From Raillietiella orientalis (taxonomy: Eukaryota): DNA of 64,000 nucleotides. The position numbers and the translations under genes are program-made. This document shows, piece by piece, positions 27,501 to 38,700 of this stretch. The stretch lies in contig JAYWIR010000024.1 in NCBI GenBank assembly GCA_036172245.1, positions 558,001 to 622,000 on the forward strand. The letters are read 5' to 3'. The notes beneath the pieces are model-generated. The model was not told the origin of the DNA, ran no database searches, and worked only from the letters and a program-made list of their open reading frames with translations. Position 1 is the first letter of the stretch. Each line of letters starts with the position of its first letter.

Positions 27501-30500
27501 GCTCGTCACACTTTATTGTACCTCAACTCATCCTATGGCTCATTCGCTTACTTCTTGCTGCCTGCTTTTCTTGCTCTTCCAAGACTTAGAAATGCCCCCC
27601 CTCTAACATACAATAAGGAACCGATCGCTAACGAAGAAACCTTTTTTTTGAAAGGGAAAAAATGTTCAGTGTCAAACGCCAATAAAATCCACATCATATC
27701 CACAATTGATTTTCGTGTAGTATAACATTTGGAAATACTCCTCCCCCCCCCCCCCCCAAAAAAAAAAAAAAAGTTCTCTCCCATTTTAGAATTCATCTGA
27801 TAGTTACGAAAAATAGCACTCTGCAAGCAGCTGTACTACAACGGTATCACTGCATGCCGTACGGAAAACAAACATTTCATAAACTCTTCACAAAGCACGA
27901 TGGACACCCACACACTATGGATTGTGTTTTCAGGTAATTCGGAGCGAATGACCAAAAATACATATCTCGCACACTGGGCAAATGGTCCTGCTCCAAAGGT
28001 CAACGTCAATCTCTCAGTCTCACACATGAAAAATGAACTGGACCCTTCTGCATAAAATCTCGAGCGCTCTTGGCTGACCATGTCCACCTTTGATGCGTAA
28101 AAAAAAATCTCCGCAACGCTCTTAGGTTATTGGACACGCTTCTTTCACTTTTCGTATTTCTCGGCAACGCGCAATGAGTCTTCCTGATGACCTTATCAAT
28201 CGGAATGTGCTTTTTCTCTAACTACAATAACCCATAGTTCTGAAACACCATTGAACTTTCAACTAGGATGCTTCCAAGAGCACCAGCTCTCACCTACCGT
28301 TGTGCTCATGCAACCAGAACACTGTCCAACTATTTGAAAATTTGATCCGGGAATTTTGATCACTTTGCGTGTGTGTGTGTGCCTACCGCAAATAATTTGT
28401 GAACCTCCCTACAAAATCTTTTGATTTATCCTCTGAATTGTGTGAACCGACAACTTTTAATCCTCTCAATTCGAAAGTCGGAACTCTGGTAGCATTCCTG
28501 GAAAAGTTCTACTTTTGGATTACCGGTTTGCTGTTTTTTGGTTTGCCTCATTGGTGCTCGTATAGAATTTGACCTAAAGTAGTAGATTCAAGATACATCC
28601 TGCTAAACATGATCTGTGCAATTCCAAATGCACACAGCTGCCTCTAGACGGATGCTAGAGGAGTCCCTTTGATCACAGCAGGCTGCTCTTCCTAGAACGA
28701 CGACCCGTAAAGATCGATAGATTCAATCGGAATGTAATGCAAACCATGTTTGGGAACGCTGTCACGAAAACAGTTTCCGGAAACCGAACAAGGAGAAGTT
28801 TCCCGGCATGAAACAAATCAAATGCTCAGAAAACTTTCACTTGAAGTTCAAGGTTCTCTGCCGGCAATACAGCCACGCTCTCTTCCCTGTCTGAATTTAT
28901 CACCATGCGTGAAGCACCGTCTCGAACCAATTCGTTTCCGGAGAAGAATTATTGATGGAATCTCCAAACCCTCGCAACGATCTCTGGCTTGCACGACGGT
29001 CGGCATGTCTGCAACGTCTCGCAGCGACTACGGACTGTTTTCCATCTGGGTTCCCTACCGCTTTCTCCCCATGGCTATACGCAAGCAAGGATAAGATGAT
29101 GACATCACATCTCTATGATTATAAAAGTTCGAGGAGCTTTCCCAGTAACCTGTTTCCAGAATGAGCCTGCTATTCGGTCTCAACTCTCTAAATCTTTTTT
29201 GATGAATCATGAGTTTGTGAAGACCAGCGGGCACACCTTATGCAGGGGGCTATAGGATGAAGAGCACAGTTTTTCCGAAAGCATTTGAAAATAAGAAACA
29301 AATAAGAAACCGTGATGAAAGAGACGTTGAAAAAGCGGACTCCTATTAAGATACATTCATCACGAAACGCATCTGCAATTAGATGAACACTCATTACATG
29401 CTTTTCAGCAAATTGGCTGCATAATTCAATTTGATCCCTGGAGTTCTTTTTTCTTCTTCTTCTTCAAAAAAAAATGTACAGCCCCGGTCTGTCCCCCTAT
29501 TTATCGCATTTTGTACTTCCACTAAACTTCAAATGAATTAACGAAGGCAAATTTATTCTAGTTCGCTTTGTTCGCATACAATCTAATAATACAAATGCAA
29601 GGAACTGGAAAATAACAAAGCAGGTCACTAACCTTCAGGTGGTCAATCACAGAAATCCACTTCGGATAGTCTGAAGCTAGTGGATCTCCATCATCAAGAG
29701 ATTCTACGCTTCCCAACTTTACATGTCCTAACACAAACAGACCACCTGAAACAGAACTACCTTTTTTTTTTTTTTTCAGAAAGCTACCGAAACTGAGAAT
29801 TGCACATCCTCAGACAAAGCTTTTTTCTGTCATTCAATTCTTAGCAACATCCTTCGATGCCAATTTACTGCATAGAAGACTTTTAAAAAAAATGAAGTAT
29901 CACGAAACGAATACTGCAATCACACTACATTTGCAAATGTCAATTACTTTCCAGGTGTTCATAAGCTTCACTCTTTTCAAATGTTCGCATTAATTCAGTA
30001 ATGAGTCTTTTCTTGACAGTTACTTAATTCATCTTACTTTCAGTTCCTATTGAGAATGCTTTGAATTATGAAAAACTTGTTCAACCCAAAAGCGTTTCAG
30101 ATTGCCATTCATTTCTAGAGAAAGAGTCGTAGCTGATTATTCAAAGTAAAATTTATTGATTTTACAAAGTAAAAGATCTTTAGATTCCGTTAAAACAAGC
30201 ACATAGATTTACTGTAAATTAATATTTTTTTTAGAAAAAAAATGTGTATATATATATATATTTACAAGACTTGACTGTTTAAGGAGACATATTTCCCCAG
30301 ATATGGAAATAATAACCACGGTAAAGAGGGCAGTAGGAAAAATAACTGAACATAATTTGAAAACCATGGTAACAATTTCTTGGATCACATAACATGAATA
30401 AAATAAAAAACAAAGAAACAGGAAACACAAAAATAAGGCGAAAAAACAAGACAAGTCACAAATTCACGAAAACTTTCAAAACAGTGTTTGTATTACAACT

Positions 30501-33500
30501 CTTATAAAAACTGTGAAAACACATCATGCATTTCACGAGCACATGAATTCATTAAATATGGAAAAATTATGATGGCCAAAACTTTCACCCTGAGAACATT
30601 AATGATACTTATTCACATGGAATTTGATCAAAACGGATAAACGAAAGCTTACTTTTCTTTAAATCATTCACAAAATTAATAAGGGATTCACTTTCGGTAA
30701 GTTCTGAAATCATAAGAAGCATCTGAGGTCTCCAAAACTTAACGTGATCTTTGCGAGGATCCAGCAACAGCAAATATTTGCGTACCTAAACAAACACACC
30801 AATTAAAGCAATATAGTGAGCAATCGTTACTACTGAAGAAATTTGAACAATCCTGTTAAATTTTACAAAGAGCTATACAAATTCTTATCAAGCAAATGCT
30901 TTTCGATCACTTCCAATTATTTAACTTAAAATGCTAGCACATGACATTGGATGCATAACTAATACTTTATCAACTGCAGCCACTGTTCAGTAATGTTTAT
31001 CTTGGATTCTGTGGCACAATTCAAATTAAAACAGCTTCCTGTATCAGCATTTGTGGCAGGAAAACTATTTTCACAAAAACTTCCTGAAGTTTCACGCAAA
31101 GCATGTCAAACATTTTTAAATTTATTCTTCAATAGTAAATCCACTTTAAAAATCATAAAAAAATGAAACAAAATTTGAAATACGATATTCTGAGAAATTC
31201 TGAACTTATGCTTGAAATTTCACGGCTATCCAATGATATAATAAAGTACCTGATGAAATATCAAGGCCTGACTAATAGAACCCCAATCACTTGGGGGAGA
31301 GCGGAAGTGAATGCCAATAATCAGCAGTAAACAAAGCATGATTGACACAGCAGCATACAAACTGCTAATAATGAACATCATAACACATGATCCCAAAAGG
31401 CCCAAAAGGGCCGTGTGCCATGAAAAATATTTAAAATTGGGCCTGGAAGAAAGCTTTTAGCATTTTTTTTTTTCCGGCAAAACACAAATCATACCTGAAG
31501 TTCGGGGCAGATGATAAATCTAAACACATGCATGCGAAATTAATGGCTAAATATGAAAGCAAAAATAAAACTGAAGTCATTAAAGCAATCACATTGAGAG
31601 ATCCAATTAAAGAAATGAGTTGTACAATTATCCAAGCTGTTAGCACAGCAAATATTGGATTGCCATTTGATGTTTTGAATGCAGATATTGGCTTTAAAAG
31701 AATGCCTATAGAAAGGAAACGAACACATGAATAAAACATAAAATATTTCATATAGCTATCATAGCATAATAAAAAATTCAAAGACAAAAAAGCATTTAAA
31801 GCAATTATGAAAGATATGTGCTTTTTTATGTGATTTTTTGCACGTGCTTTTCTTTTATGCTTCAAAAAAATGCACATAATTCTACGGGGCTAACTCATTA
31901 AAATACTTGGAGAATTTAACTGATTGAGTACTATGGTAGGCTTCACTTTGTGAACCACCACCCATAAAACTACAGATGATTAAAAAATGCTTGCTCATCA
32001 AAAAGTTCAAGCATTGGAATCAAGTCACTACAACTCCTGCTGAGTGAATACATTATTCCAACATATGCATAAAATAAGGCCTGTTAACTGAATCATTCAC
32101 TTAAATGTCAACGACAACCAAAAGTTCCAGAAATGTGAATAATGAATAATTAACGTACATCTTTTCACAGTCTAATAACTCAATAATCTCATAAATAAAG
32201 CCATTACATTAACATTAGATTCATTATTTCAGAATAAAACTCATGTACTATAATAACAAACACAAAGGTATTTGAGAGAATGTTAACAAATTAAAAGAAT
32301 GCTGAGTTCATAATTTGCTATTATGATCTCTTAAGATTAACAAAATTAAAAACTATTTTTGAATGAAGCATCAAAAAAACAAAAAACACATACACAACAA
32401 AGTTACATCTTCACTTTTAAATTCACATTAGCACCAATACTGTTCACACTTTTGAATAATCATGATCATGATGTGGGTTGTATTGAATTGCATCCATAGT
32501 GAAATAAATGCATTAATGAAAGCACGGATTCATTATTTTATATATTTTCATAAACTGCATTTTAGATTATTCAAGACAAAATCTTTATGGTATACAAAAA
32601 ACGAGAATTGCCATTGGACAGTATTATTACCCTTCATTAACAGGCCATCTTACCAAATATTTCATCTCTACTTAGGGCTTCAAGAATTCGACTGGCACCA
32701 ATCAAACAACTTAAACTTGATGAGAAAGTACCCATTATAGCTCCAATAGTTATGAATCCGGGCCAAAGATTTATTCCCAATAAGTATATATAATTATTTT
32801 GCAATAAAAATCGTTCACAGGATCCTGCTGAGAAAATGGATAATAATGTATAAATACTAAATGTGAAGCTCAGTCCAGCTAAGGTTCCTTTCGGTATACT
32901 CATACCAGGATCTTTCAAATCTCCTAAAAATTAACTTAAATAGCATTACAGGTATTTTTAAGTAAATGACAGGCATTGCTTTTTTCGTACTGTTCAATAT
33001 TTTTTTTAATTACCAAACAATAATTAAAAACTATGAATAAGTAAAACACTTACAATTAAAACATTTCTTATTAACGAAAATAAGTAATTAAATATGAACT
33101 ACACGGAAAAAAGAATGACGATTCTATTCTAAAGAACACATTAGCTCACTTAAATCTGAATACAATACACCGAATAACTTCGATATCAAAATTACAAACA
33201 AATACATTCACATAAAAATGAACCCTTGAGTCTGCATGCTTTAGTTAAAGGAATGCAAATATCAAAATAATACTTCCACAGAATAACACGTTTGTCTAAT
33301 CATGCAGTACAGTTATATTATTAAATTATAAGTTGAACATATGGGACATGGAATGTGTTAGAAAAACATCAGTAACTAATTAATAAAGTCTTATACCTGA
33401 TAAATTTGCACCTGCCATTATTCCTGTGACACCACTAAACAAAACACCAAAAACCACAGCAAAATTAACTTCTTTCCCCTCTGATAAATAGTCCACGCTA

Positions 33501-35897
33501 TATGATGGCCATAAGTTTTCTTGAAAAGTTTGCAGTTTTAAACCAGTGTAATTTGCAGTGGCATTCTTTAATGACACTGGATTTGAAAATGGAATGTCTA
33601 CCTTTAAAAAAAAAAAACACACACACACATGCAATACATGCAGATAAGGATTCACAATAAAATGTTTTCATAAATATCCACAAAACACCGAATGTAATTA
33701 TTTAGCAAACTTGTGAAACTTGTCTGGAGCTACTGTCTGTGAGAGAAGTTATTAAACTGTTAGTAAAACCAATTACTAGATTATTAAGACTTGAAAAAGA
33801 TTTTGAGACGAAAAGCAAACTGATATAAATGAACTTTATTTGGTGGTCTGTAGTAAAAGTATGTGTGCATCAAATAATGAATTTGGCCCAATCATCAAAC
33901 AATACAACTAAAGCTGCTCAATTTTTTTTTGCATTCACAAGACAATTAACAGCTCCATATAAAACTGGAAGATACTTTGGACATTAAAAAATTAATGTTC
34001 ATTATTTACTATTTCGTTCAATTCGATGGAAGATGTGCTCACTTTCACAGGCTTTATATTTCATGATGCAATATTATAAAAGATGCATTGCCCATTTGAT
34101 AAATTAGTCCTCCTATGACCAACTTAAACAAAATATATGCCAAAATATAAAACAAAATATATTTAAGTTAATAACTTTTGTATTGAAGAGGTCAGAATTA
34201 ATCATACTAAAACTTGGAACTGACCAAAACTTGAAATTGCACTCAGCAGTACACAGAAAACCTGCTAACTGTTGAATACAATTGAAACACTCAGTTGTGC
34301 ATATTCACATCCTTTTGTTTATGAAATTTATTATCTAATCCTGTAATCTACTTTCCTCTTTAAAATCTTTCTGGGATGGCAAACAGAACAGATACTCAAG
34401 TGTTTACATATCTCAATTCCAATATTAAGAGTATGCAATTCTCTTCCTTTGTTTCTTAGTTAACTAAATCAACTATCTACTTCAGATACTACATAAACTA
34501 AAATAGATAATCATGGTTCTTGCAACACTTCTTGATATTTGTGTTTTGAGGCAAACTGACATGATAATGCTAATACAGTAAAAATGCTGTTGATCTCATG
34601 TTACAGTTTGAAATTCTTTAAGTTTTTCTTAACTCACTTGAAATCTGACTTACTTGAATTACATAATTCTGGGTCCAGATACTAACAAGCACAGAAGATA
34701 TACAAGTTGAAATGATTATAAATATTAACAAACTAGTCTTAGCGAACATGGAAGCTCCAATGATACAAACAACACAATTCACCAGGTTGACACAGGAGCC
34801 ATATAGGTAGCTCCACCACTTGCCAGCTGGAAGAGCACCATCAGCTATGTAACCTAATGAAGGAAAGAATATTACTTGTGGAAAACTAAAACTTTCAAGA
34901 ACAATAAGATATCATGAATATACTTTGCCTTTAGGTCCAAAATTGTCAATAAGGCTTTCAACACATCCAGATATATACAGTGCACTGCTAAATATATTAG
35001 CAATAACAAAGAGAAAGCCAATGCCACCTCCAAATTCTGGCCCTAGAGTTCTACTAATCATGACATAAAGAATTAAGGTGATAAACTAAAGAATCAGTTC
35101 TAGTTTCTTGGTACATAACATAAAATCAATTTAAGTTTTCAGACAAAGTAATTTATAAGAAAGAAATGCACATGGTGTCTGAAATCTCCTCTACCTCATA
35201 CAGCACACTTAAAGGATACAATATACTCCTCCACCTTGCACAGCACCATTAGTGCATATTGCACAAATCGATGATACTGTCAATAATAAGATGGCATACG
35301 CAATAACTAGCAAAAACAGTACTTCCACAAGTCCACCATTTCCAACAAGGAAACCTTCAAACACATTATTTAGATTTTATTATTGCAACTGAATTATAAT
35401 AGAACATTAAAATTGTTGAAACTAATTCTATCATTTCACATCTATTCTGGTATTATTTACTAAATATCCCATTAAGGGCATTTGCGTATGGTTGGCACAT
35501 ACTCTTTCAATAAAAACTCCATGAACGTTAAACGTTAATCTCAAACTCAAAAATGTAAACATTGAGTTTATGCTCATCTTTTGGACTCAAATTTGCAATT
35601 GTAGTGAATACAATTTGTATATTAAATGGCACAATATTTACCGATACGAAGGAACAGCAGTGCTCCAAATATAGACAAAGAAACTGGCACAAAAACTCCA
35701 CTAAATGTACCAAGATTTCTTTTGGGATCTTCTAAATAGCTACCAAAGAAATCATTTTCTACGTCTTTCTGTGAGTTGGTGCTACTTGCAGAAAACAACA
35801 ACGGTTTAGTTTCATCAGACAGGGACTGAATTTTTGAATAATCACTTCCATCACATCTTGACAGACTGGTTTCGGGTCGATCATCCAGATATGACAT
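21373..35897 (-). CDS. SLC12A9: Solute carrier family 12 member 9-like cation-chloride cotransporter, 15 coding exons, 886 aa
   Basis: Exons joined by hand give one open frame of 2661 nt. Family motifs: [100 protein letters not shown] and the C-terminal [15 protein letters not shown] typical of SLC12A9. An in-frame TGA lies 18 nt upstream of the ATG. Confidence 0.95.
22060..22289 (-). CDS. SLC12A9: SLC12A9 exon 14 ([16 protein letters not shown]...LLRINALV)
   Basis: ccctag| acceptor; |gtgcgg donor. Confidence 0.88.
22362..22479 (-). CDS. SLC12A9: SLC12A9 exon 13 ([10 protein letters not shown]...[12 protein letters not shown])
   Basis: tttcag| acceptor; |gtaaag donor. Confidence 0.92.
22531..22671 (-). 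CDS. SLC12A9: SLC12A9 exon 12 (...[22 protein letters not shown])
   Basis: tttag| acceptor; |gtaacc donor; phase 2 matches exon 11. A further small exon in the 4.4-kb intron cannot be excluded. Confidence 0.85.
23020..24480 (-). pseudogene. Possible decayed divergent IR relic inside SLC12A9 intron 11
   Basis: [13 protein letters not shown] (S1-like), [13 protein letters not shown] (M1-like), [18 protein letters not shown] (M4-like) in plausible order and span. Confidence 0.3.
27093..27220 (-). CDS. SLC12A9: SLC12A9 exon 11 (VKAFVELT...[17 protein letters not shown])
   Basis: ttcag| acceptor; |gtatcg donor. Confidence 0.93.
29633..29745 (-). CDS. SLC12A9: SLC12A9 exon 10 (SGLFVLGHV...IDHLK)
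   Basis: ttcag| acceptor; |gttagt donor. Confidence 0.93.
30653..30785 (-). CDS. SLC12A9: SLC12A9 exon 9 ([21 protein letters not shown]...NDLKK)
   Basis: tttag| acceptor; |gtaagc donor. Confidence 0.94.
31250..31442 (-). CDS. SLC12A9: SLC12A9 exon 8 ([11 protein letters not shown]...[12 protein letters not shown])
   Basis: ttccag| acceptor; |gtactt donor; 52-nt upstream intron. Confidence 0.93.
31495..31705 (-). CDS. SLC12A9: SLC12A9 exon 7 (...GSLNVIA...LSSAPNF)
   Basis: ctatag| acceptor; |gtatga donor. Confidence 0.93.
32654..32923 (-). CDS. SLC12A9: SLC12A9 exon 6 ([15 protein letters not shown]...[15 protein letters not shown])
   Basis: ttttag| acceptor; |gtaaga donor. Confidence 0.94.
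33397..33601 (-). CDS. SLC12A9: SLC12A9 exon 5 (...[22 protein letters not shown])
   Basis: tttaaag| acceptor; |gtataa donor; hallmark motif. Confidence 0.93.
34654..34853 (-). CDS. SLC12A9: SLC12A9 exon 4 ([19 protein letters not shown]...GASMFAKTS)
   Basis: cattag| acceptor; |gtaagt donor. Confidence 0.92.
34929..35063 (-). CDS. SLC12A9: SLC12A9 exon 3 ([16 protein letters not shown]...DNFGPK)
   Basis: Conserved SLC12 motif; frame requires acceptor ...ttctttatg| and donor G|gcaaag. Confidence 0.88.
35064..35219 (-). other. U12-type (minor spliceosome) intron, GT...TG termini
   Basis: 5' GTATCCTTT; branch-like CACCTTAAT about 10 nt from the 3' end; no frame-compatible AG. Confidence 0.85.
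35220..35354 (-). CDS. SLC12A9: SLC12A9 exon 2 (GFLVGNGG...[11 protein letters not shown])
   Basis: Acceptor tttgaag|; donor T|gtatccttt (U12 consensus). Confidence 0.92.
35642..35897 (-). CDS. SLC12A9: SLC12A9 coding exon 1 (MSYLDDRP...[24 protein letters not shown])
   Basis: ATG start; donor G|gtaaat, phase 1. Confidence 0.9.
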
Positions 35898-36819
35898 CTT
35901 GTTTGTAAACAGTCAATCACAAACACTAATAACGTGGATGATGACACATGGATGTTTGCGTTCCATTTAGGCTGTGCTTTGAAAAGATCACTCCACTACT
36001 GCTCAAATAGATGTCCATGCACTTGGAAACAGCAGAGCTAAACTGCACCTGTTTCGCCCCGAGTGCACGTAAAAGCAATTAACTTAGGCTTATGATAATT
36101 CAGGTTTACAGATAGGCTTATGGGTCATAAACTTAATCTTCCATTATGTACGTTTAAGATTCTCATTGTATGAGTAACGAAATCAGTTTCATGCACTGCC
36201 TATCTGCCAATTTTTGACCATCATGCTCTCTACATGTTAACTAGATACAATGCTCTTCGAGAGCTTCCCACGGGCAGCCAGACTGCATGAGTTGGACGGG
36301 TTTGTTTGTTTGTTTGTTTTTTGAGAAAGTATTTTCTGTAGAAAGATCGATTTTGGAACAACGAATGTTCACGAATTCGATTCCCAGTTGACCGTGGTTT
36401 TCCCTTTTTAACCGTTACGCATAAAATGCCAACCTCAGCAACAGAAATCGAAAACAGCGCTTGTTTTCATCCTAGGGATGGCCTGACGAGAAAAATTTCT
36501 CTCGAGGGGAATCGCTTTAAGGGAGAACTGCAAAGGGGATGTACGAAAACGATAATTCACGACGAACTCAATCATATCTGCCGCCCTGCATGGAAGTTAA
36601 CGATCTCGTGCCCAAATGTGCAGCTTCCTCTTTGTCTGTGCCGTTTTTTGTTTACGAGCGAACAAAAAATCACCTCCGGATCGCTGTTTCAAGTGACCGC
36701 TTCTAAAATACTTCAGTACTTTTTAAATAAACGAACCCTTAATCACAATTTGCCCTCGTTTACGAATAAAGTTCGTTGTAAGAACCAAGGTGAATTCCGG
36801 GCCACCATTGGATTCAGGA

Positions 36820-36915
36820 CGAATCCCTTGACGTCACACGTATGCAGCCACAACAGGGGGGGGGGGGGGGGGACTTGACGTGAGACGGTCCGTCAAGTTG
36901 TCGAAAATGGCCAGA
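36820..36915. promoter_or_regulatory. Candidate promoter region upstream of SLC12A9
   Basis: CRE TGACGTCA 36829-36836, G17 36856-36872, CRE-like TGACGTGA 36876-36883 inside the ACTTGACG/CGTCAAGT inverted repeat, YY1-like AAAATGGC about 36904; CpG-containing, about 1 kb upstream of the ATG. Confidence 0.35.
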
Positions 36916-37339
36916 GCTGTTGTTTCAAATGCACATCCTGAAGCAGACATTCCGTGTGTAATTTCTTAGGTTTGAGCAGTTCCTGCACGAAAACTCCCTG
37001 CTTCTCCCTTCCTCTTGGCGCTTTCAACTTTCTTTTCTCGGTGTTGTTTTGAAAGCATAATGTACATTAGCATGCACATGGCTTCATGCACGGCAACGGG
37101 GATATCTCATGAGTTCAGTATGAGTCTCTGTGGAAAGTGTGAATTTTTCCGTTTTGCTATGCATCCTATGCATACCAAAGAAGTGTACCTTCATTATGTA
37201 GAAGAGGGTGATGAAATAAATTAAGCAGTGGTATTTGGTCTTGACTGTGCGAAAAGTTTTCAGAAAAACGTTATTTAGCAATTCAAAGTACAAAAGTAAA
37301 TTGAAGTTACGGGAAACATTCACGATGATCTAGTTATGA

Positions 37340-38700
37340 ACTTTTATAGAAAAGCAATGGCTGATACAAGAATAAATGATAAGAGAATCGTGCTGCTAGC
37401 CACGTTGCTCTATCCAATCTTTTAGAATGACGAAGCTCCAAAATTTAATTGTTAGAACAAACCTGACTTTTGGAACGTTACATATCTTCATATATAGGGC
37501 ACACATAATGACAGATAACTGGAAGCAAATGGAGCAAAAAAAAATGCTAAAATATGCTCTCGTTCTTGTAACTTCCTCAACTTCATTTTCATAGATAAAG
37601 CTTCGAGTGACTTTTTGCAAGTGATCGTAAAATTTCGGATCTCCACTCGAGTAGGAATTATTTTAATCTTGCATCTTTTGCAATTGTGTTCAGATGTTTC
37701 TGAATGATAGTTGCAAGCCCTGTTTCTCTTAAAGCACTAACCAGCTTGACTGCAAAAGTATCACATTCCCCGAGAACAAGACATGCCAATTCATTCGTCT
37801 GTTTTCAACGAATTTTCCATGTCCCTCGCCGAATGTAAGAGAAACAACTATCTTCCTCCTGTCTTCTGAGGAAATATTACCCCCTCTTCTGAGAACAGAG
37901 TTCAATCGTTCAAAGAAGAGCTTGCTGCTCAAGAAAAAAAAAAAACTTCGATCATCCTTTGTGTGCGTCAATAAAAAAAGGAACCTTGTTCTTCCGGTAA
38001 CAGGTGAGGAACTGCTCTCTGCCAGCTGCTATTCTCCTTCTTGTTTCCTACAAGTTTTGATGCTTTTTAGAATGTTTACCTCCTGTTAAAATGGATTTCC
38101 TAATGAAATTCGACTACCAATCCGTTCTTTCCAGAAAAAGAAGTTCGTTCCCTGCTTATTAGGTCTTGGCATTATTGCAAACTCTTGGTCGCTCCCTCAA
38201 AAACCACTGGTCACCTCTAACACAGAACCTGTGGTAGAGATTTCGGTCGGAGCTTGAGATCTTGAACTAGTGAAGTTGCCAGATAAACAGGGAAGCGAGT
38301 GATGAATGCTAGATTCCCTGACCTCAAATCTTCCTTTTTATCCTGAAGCAGCAGAATGAAGATGGTGGAAAATTCAAAGTCACATTTTTTCTTTCTACAG
38401 TAAGTCCAAACCTTGGACCTGTGCAACTGAAGATAATGATCATGGAGCTAGGAGGAAGGCGATGCATCCCAATTATGAGCAGAATGATCCATCACCCTGA
38501 AGAACAGGCATGACACGGCGAGTGTATCTCCGTCTCTTAAATCATCAGGGAGTCTCGCTATGAAACCATGGATTTTGACAACTGTGGAAGATAATATCGC
38601 TTTATGGGCCAGAGAATCCCGGGACCATTGCCATCAACTTTACAAGACCAACTCTGCAAGAGTAATCTTCTTTCAAAAGTGCTAAAAAGAAAAAAAAATG
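37340..38700 (-). pseudogene. Possible decayed divergent ionotropic receptor (IR/iGluR-like)
   Basis: Ordered fragments GFIARLP, WIILLIIG (M1-like), IFILLLQ (pore-like), VYLATSL and ILLSFILVSAIAFL* (M4-like), with many stops. Confidence 0.3.
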
